Assembly (NCBI RefSeq): GCF_001194135.2
Contig: NC_068981.1
Span: forward strand, 82,728,512 to 82,786,999
Origin: Octopus bimaculoides
Taxonomy: Eukaryota
Direction: 5' to 3'
DNA length: 58,488 nt
Part shown: positions 51,880-58,488 of the stretch, one piece after another
How positions within the stretch are numbered: the stretch's first letter is position 1
How the letters are laid out: each line of letters opens with the position of its first letter
Notes under the pieces: model-generated
Seen by the model: the letters and a program-made list of their open reading frames with translations, nothing else
What the model was told of the DNA's origin: nothing
Databases searched by the model: none
Made by a program: the position numbers and the translations under genes

Positions 51880-53480
51880 GGTTCGTGAGAGCGAAGGGAA
51901 ATTTCCTTTGCATCATGTCTCCCGTTCAAAACTGGACGAAATCAACTTAGCTTTTCATTTCTCCGTTGCCGATAAAATAAAGATCTAGTAATGTATTGTG
52001 GACGATGGCTTCGACTAATCCTCTCCCACGAAATCTTTTGGCATTTTGCCTGAATCAGAAATTATTATTAAGAGAGTTATGGCGACGGGTTGGCAGAATC
52101 GTTAGCACGCCGAGAAAATGCTTAGCGGCATTTCTTCCATTTTAAAGTTCTGAGCTCAGATTTCGCTGAGGTTGCTTTTTGCCTTTCAACCTTTCGTGGT
52201 CGATGAAATAAGCACCAGTCGAGCACTGGGATCGATGTGATCGACTATCCCCACTCACACTAAATTCTAGGTCTTGTGCCTGTAGTAGAATGGATTATTA
52301 ATACTAGGCGTCAAGCTAGCAGAATCGTGGAAACGATGTAAAAAAATGCTTAACGAAATTTTTCCCGGGTTTTTAAATTCTGATTTCGAATTCAACATTT
52401 CGTGGTCGATAAAATAAGTATCAGTAAAGCACTAGGGTCAATGTAAACAACTGTTTTCCTTCTCACAAAAAAGCTGTTACGTACCAAAATTTTAATCCAT
52501 TGTTTGACAACCGGCAGAATCATTAGTGTTTCGGATAAAATGCATAACGGTATTACTTCCGGCTTTACCTTGTGAGCTCAAATGCTGCTGAAGTCGACTT
52601 TGTCTTTCATTCTTCCAGTGTCGATGAAATGAGTATCAGCTGAGCACTGGCATCGATGTTGCTGAGTAGCATTCCCCTCCAACATTTGTACCTATAATAG
52701 AAAAAAAAAATTCTTTTCTACTCTAGGCATAAGGTCCGAAAATTTTGGAGAGACAGCCAGTCGATTAGATCGACTCCAGTACACAACTGGTACTTAATTT
52801 ATCGACTCCGAAAGGCCAAAAGGCACAGTCAACCTCGGCGGAATTTGAACTCAGAACGTAAAGAGAGACGAAATACCGCTAAGCATTTCGCCCGGTGTGC
52901 TAACGTTTCTGCCAGCTCGCTGCCTTAATAGAAAAAAAAAGCTATTATTATTATTATTAAACTGACGGGCCGTCGGACAAAATGTATTCGATCCGACTAT
53001 TTGTGTCCTGAATTCCCATGAGGTCAGCTTTGCATTCACCTTGCCGAAATGGGAAAGAAAGTATCAGTTTGTACTGATTCAAATTATCTAACTGAACCTG
53101 CCCATAAAATTGCTATCGTACACATAAGTGACAAGGTTTTAAAGGATGCTGAAGTGGCAGAATGTCAGAAAAACAGTTTGCGTTATTTTTCTCAGTTCTT
53201 TGCATTCTAAGTTGGAATCCCACCACGGTCCATTTTCCCATTTATCCTTCCTGAGCTAATAAAATAAATTACCAGTCTCATATGGATCCAAATCTCCTCC
53301 CTTCAATAATTGCTGGCCTCGTGCCTAAATTAGCTTCAATTATTATTATGATAGGAAGATATATTTGTAGATCGTTAGAGCGTTGGCCAAAATACGTTAT
53401 GGTATATAGTTACGTCCCGTTACATTCTCAGTTCAAATCCTGCATAAGTCAACTTTTTTTCTCTCTCCATTTTGATAGTG
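51880..53480. mobile_element. Array of about 8 SINE family A copies, mostly plus strand
   Basis: Head, GGTCGAT(A/G)AAATAAG(T/C)A and tail motifs recur about every 200 bp; boundaries approximate. Confidence 0.85.
52711..52924 (-). mobile_element. Best-preserved SINE family A copy, inverted within the array
   Basis: Minus strand: GGCAGCGAGCTGGCAGAAACGTTAGCACACCGGGCGAAATGCTTAGCGGTATTTCGTC..GAGTTCAAATTCCGCCGAGG. Confidence 0.9.
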
Positions 53481-53689
53481 ATAATTTAAGGATCGGACAT
53501 TAATGGTGACAATAAAATTGACTGTCTACAACCCACAACTTTGTCCGAAAAGATCAGAAGCAAATGTCTGGCAATTTGACCAACTCTCCTCTACCTATGT
53601 AAAAGCGCTAATTATGAATTATTTCAGTCGTTATTGTTATTATAATTATTAATATCAACACGGTGATATTAGCTAAATTGATATTGAAC

Positions 53690-54042
53690 TGGGTTAGAAG
53701 ATTTAGTTATCCGTTATTTCGGTAAACCGATTACAATTTTAGATTATAACTTCGATCTGTTACATTTGGAAGGCAAGTTTATTCAGATAAAGTATAGAAC
53801 CGTTCACTGAAATCTATTTTCTTCCATTTACGTTAGTTTGAGACCTTCCTGAACCAGAGCTACGTGATTACCGAAATACGAAAGCTTTAACACGAAATAA
53901 CTTCGTAAATAGAAACTTTTCTCAACAACGCTAAGAGTAAAATATGTTTTATATGACACATTCTACCAGTGTCCGAAGTTTGAAAGTGTTTAGTTACAAA
54001 AAATTAATTTCTTGATCTGCCGATGAAATTGAAAAGATCCGT
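53690..54042. mobile_element. Partial copy of the 41991-42807 family without the telomere-like core
   Basis: GCTAAGAG.AAA.ATGTTTTATATGACACATTCTACCAGT.TCC.AAGTTTGAAAGTGTTT is shared with about 42705-42768; ends AAAAGATCC. Confidence 0.75.
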
Positions 54043-54910
54043 TGCGAATACTGTGTGGAGCGCAAAATATATTAATTAGAGCATTCAGTAAACTTTAACA
54101 CCAATAAGATATATAGAAGTGCAGTTTAATCTCCATTCAATTAACGTCACAAATAGTGAATTTAATTACTGATCTTGGTTTGAATAGATTGACCTTTATA
54201 GAATATATTCAAATATTGCAGAGGATACTATTTCAGAATTAAGGCAAGCAAAAACATATATAAAAAAAAAAACACGCGCATGCGCACATACACCCACGCG
54301 TACGCGCGTGCATACACACATACACACACATATATCCAAGCCTAACCATACACGTACTCCACCCCACCCCCAACCACCGTTTGCTGTGTCTATCATTCAT
54401 CTGCGGTTTCGAATTTCTTTATTGACCGAAAACGGCAATCAAAGAACAATTAGCAAAAAACTATGTTTAGGAAGTGCGGTATATATATGGAAAGTTCCTT
54501 CACGGTTGACCAAAAATTGTTTTAGCTAGTTCAAGCCATTCACTCAAACTCCACCTCTCTGTTGACAACAATAATCTTCATGCGTGAACGTAAGCGTTCA
54601 AGCGAAAATTAAACACGAAAACAGGATGGGCAGGAATAACAGGAAACATTAATATTTGTTTTGCTTTTTGCAATGTTTATTAGTTTGTACATAAATATTT
54701 ATATAGGTATTGGTGGCCGAAATATTAGAGCACGACCGGTTATTTTATAGTGCATATGTAAGTACTTAGAATACAAGTGACCATGGGTAACAGATACGGA
54801 TTTAACTTTTTTTATTTTAGAGGTTTCTTTGTAATGCATACATGTATGGTGTGTGTATGTGTTGTTGCTGTATATGTGTGTGGGTGTGTTTGTGTGTGTG
54901 TCGGTGTGTA

Positions 54911-55539
54911 TTCTTTTACGTGTTTAAGTCTGGACTGCGGTCATGCTGGAGCACTGCTTTGAAGATAGTCGTTGATTAAATCGACACCAGTTGTTTATTT
55001 TGTTCACTGTCTCATATTTATTTCATTGCTGTCTTTTGTCAAACCACGTAACTACGGGGACGTAAATCAACCAGCACCTTCTGTCAATCGGTGATGGTGG
55101 GGTAGCGGTAGAGGACAAACACAACGACAACGCACACAGAAACATATACACACGTATATACGCAAGTACTCAATCTACACCGTTATACACACACTAACAC
55201 ACACACAATCTCATATACACACAGATACACACGCATACACACACACACACACACACACGCACAAACTCACATACACTAACCCACACACAAACTCACACAC
55301 AGAGAAACAAATACGCACACACACAAACAAACGTACACACAAAAACTCACGCATACACAAACACAAACACACACATCACACACGCACACACAAACACACA
55401 CATGCATACATGACTGAGGCTGTCACACAGTTCCCGTTTTTACAAAATTCACTCATAGATCATTGTCGGTCCGGTGCTGTAATAGAAAACACTGGTTGCG
55501 AGTTTGAGAAGCGAATGCCTTAAACACACAGATATGCCT

Positions 55540-55544
<5 letters not shown>
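54911..55544 (-). mobile_element. SINE family B copy expanded by a (CA)-rich tract
   Basis: Tail motifs (GACTGCGGTCATGCTGGAGCAC) at the left, AAATTCACTCA body and a degenerate head at the right, a degenerate (CA)n between. Confidence 0.7.
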
Positions 55545-55576
<32 letters not shown>

Positions 55577-57320
55577 TTCACGTACCTACCTACCACAACT
55601 ATATGACAAAAATAAAACTCTTACCCAGTCAATTTGCTAAACTTTATTGCAAAATGCTCATATATCCCTCAATTTACTCTCTGCCTGCTTAAGTATGAAA
55701 AGGACACATTTAATAACTCGTCCCCACATACCGTTAAAAAGGGACATTTTGGTCTATAGGTTTGCATAATCAGAGTTTAGAACTACAGACGAAAATGGGA
55801 GAAAGCCGCTACACATTGCCCGATTTGCTAGAAATCGTAGTCAGATTTCCCTTAAACCACACCTTGTTGTGTTAACGAGTAAGGACACGCTGGATGATGT
55901 TCTGAATAAAAAGTTATGATGACCATAGCTTGAAGATATTTTCGTCTTTTATCATAGGTCTTTTATAATAAATAGATAGATAGATAAACTGATTGGGAGA
56001 TAGGCAGATACATTTGACAATGTAATTGCCGTGTCTACTCAGCAGTTACACCACGTCACCTATCATGCAGAAACTGTATACAGTTCATTCCATTCCCCAA
56101 TGTATGCAGAAACACTTTCAGAACAGAAAAAATTCATTGAGAAAATGATTTCAATTAAAAGCACTACAAAAGTATTTCATTAAATCAGAGTTAGAAGAGA
56201 AATTAACAGAATATACCTTCAGCCAATCAAAGAGAACAGCTTTGTTGCCAGATTCGTGATTTTACTTTGATTAATTAACAAATCTTACAATTATTTCCTC
56301 CGGGAAAATCAAATTATAAAAGAGAGTAAGATCTCGGAAGGTAACAGATCAAAAAGCAGCTCTATTATATCAGCTATACCTATAATAAACTTTAAATTAG
56401 AAAATAAACTACAGCCAAATATTATTGATTGCTACATCAATAAAACGCATGTTTCATTTGAATCATCAAATTATATCAATGAATGCACGGAAATGCCATA
56501 GCTTGGCCACTGAAGAATTCTTCAAAAGACGTGACTAATATTGTATATGGGAAAGAATATTTGTTAAGCAGTCTTTTGTAAGACAAGCACTTTAGTTGAG
56601 ATAGCACATCAAATAACATAGCTGTTAACACTTCCTATTTAATGAATGGACATCTAAAATATCACCATCGTTACCACTATTCCTGGCTTTTGTACACCTC
56701 GCAATCTATTCGGATCATGTAAGCCAATGCCCCTCAGTTGTGATTAAATGAACCAACTACTTCTGTTTCATGATTGTTACAAAATACAACTGGAAAGTAT
56801 TTCCTTTTGAAACAAAACTGTATAGAGTAATATCTGTACAGTTTAGAAATACTTCTCTTACTGACAGTGGAAAAACTAATGGGAAACTTTTATTTCTTTT
56901 CTAAATGTTTACTTTTATGAATATGAGAGAACTAGACAACGGACATGTTTCTTTAAGAAAGTGAATACGGATGCCAGCGATTAAAACAAAGTTCGGATAC
57001 AGATATAGTAAATGCTTCCCAACCCCATAGAACAAATCATTTCAAAGATTTTAGAAAGAGCATTTCTATATTATTAATGTGTGCATTAGAGAAAATCTTC
57101 CATCAACTTTGCAGACATACGAAAATTTAATAGGACTTAAATTCTCCTACGAAACTAGGAAACTGTAAATTTCGAGACAATTGTTCCCAAAATATAATAC
57201 ATTGTGCAGAAAAAAAAAACCCACAAAAACTAATTAATGATGCTGGAAAGCACATAATTACTCCGAAATGCATGCATTTATCGATCGCTATAGAGGCTGC
57301 TTTTCATTATAGTTACTACT

Positions 57321-57800
57321 CAGGGCCGGCTAAGACCCATCGAGGCCCTACGCATTTAAAAGATTTTTGTGTCCCCATAAAAGATTATGTGATTAAAAAT
57401 ATAAGCAATGACAAACCATAAAATAAAATTTTATTTTTCGAACTGAAACAAACTAGTAAGTAGAAAAATAATGTTTATTTTTGTATACTTCCACTTTATT
57501 CATATTTCAAAAGTTTCCTCCTACATTTTTGATTGGAAAAGTCTTTGATCAGATCTTCAAAATTAATCTTAGGTAAAACATTTGCATCTATACTTGGTAG
57601 AGATAAAGGCATCCCGAATATTATTTTAGCAAGTGTAATGTGATTTCTGTTGTGCCGTAAACCATTTACATTTTCTGTGGAACCTTCTCCTTCCCTTGAT
57701 GCCCTATGCACGCGATTATTTTGCTTAATGGTTATTCCAGCACTGTTACAACTTACATCTCTTAAAGAGATTTTAGAACTAGCTACTTTGCTTGTTGCAA
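57321..57800 (-). mobile_element. hAT transposon 3' remnant (C-terminal dimerisation region)
   Basis: ORF 57496-57711 ends SIDANVLPKINFEDLIKDFSNQKCRRK, like hAT/ZMYM1-type C-termini (SIE..L..IDF.D.I.DFA..K.RK). GC-rich terminus CAGGGCCGGC at 57321; upstream end approximate. Confidence 0.7.
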
Positions 57801-58085
57801 AATTAGCAGGTGAATGTCGCTTATTTCTCTGTATATTGCGACCGAGGACGAACGACTGCCATGTCCAGTAGAGAGGTATCCATTACTGACGGAAGTAAAT
57901 ACTCTGAAACCAGACTTGTCTTCTAGTCTTGTCACCGCTAGATGGTAGGGGTTCGCTCCCATGCTCGCAATATATCGGACACAGGTTGTATCTTTAACCA
58001 GCTGGAGATGTCCACGGGTTAAAAAAATGGTGGTAATGTAGAGTTCCCTACGGAACAGCCATGTTGAAGTGGCAACAAACATTAC
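57800..58085. mobile_element. Third, more diverged partial copy of the 40263-40700 family
   Basis: TATATTGCGA..GAGGTATCCA.TACTGA..CTGAAACCAGAC..GCTAGA..GCTCGCAATATATCGGA..GAGATGTCC..GGAACAGCCATGTTGAAGTGGC is colinear with 40725-41000. Confidence 0.8.
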
Positions 58086-58092
58086 TCATATA

Positions 58093-58124
<32 letters not shown>

Positions 58125-58400
58125 TCTGTGTGTGTGTCTGTGCGTGTATGCGTGTGTGTGTGTGTGTGTGTGTGTGTCTGCCTGTGTATATATATATATA
58201 TATATATATACACATACATGAATATACGTTATGTACATAATGTATATATAACTATATATCTGTGTATGTGTATATGTGCGTGTGTGTGTATGTATATACA
58301 TAAATATGTATACATACATGCAGACATACGTACATACATACATACATACATGCATACATACATACATACATACATACATACATACATACGTACTTACATA
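58086..58400. repeat. (TG)n/(TA)n/(ACAT)n compound microsatellite
   Basis: Directly visible. Confidence 0.95.
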
Positions 58401-58488
58401 CATTGATGTGCGTGTGCGTGTGACGGACGCGCAGATGGTATGTGTCGGTATGTAAGATAAGTATGTCCATCTGTAATGAATACAGAAT

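Noticed and set aside
56200-57250. Possible ancient LINE ORF2 remnant (similar impressions at 12985-13350, 26700-27250 and 30500-31000)
   Set aside because: The composition is suggestive, but I could not recover diagnostic motifs by eye; left unannotated pending BLASTX.

Overview
Repeat-dominated, AT-rich eukaryotic DNA from a draft assembly with 12 N-gaps, most of them next to (TA)n or (CT)n microsatellites. The tRNA-derived SINE families look like those of Octopus, so a coleoid cephalopod is inferred; this is recognition from memory, not a database search. I cannot support any host protein-coding gene: most ORFs in the supplied track are microsatellite or gap artefacts. The real coding signal is all transposon-derived: a Tx1/L1-clade LINE that keeps its endonuclease but has lost its reverse transcriptase (47601-49137, -), a Penelope-like GIY-YIG remnant (about 31080-31500), three Tc1/mariner remnants and a hAT dimerisation-domain remnant. 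Several fold-back MITEs and tandem SINE arrays are also present. The most interesting signals are two hammerhead ribozyme candidates in repeat DNA. The first (34744-34809, +) has all core nucleotides and three stems, but its strands are in a non-circularly permuted order. The second (47313-47359, -) is a minimal type I hammerhead with a compensatory U3-A8 core pair and a palindromic stem III. An 817-bp palindromic element also carries a head-to-head telomere-like (TTAGGG)n-(CCCTAA)n core. All structures were paired by eye, and approximate boundaries are marked as such.
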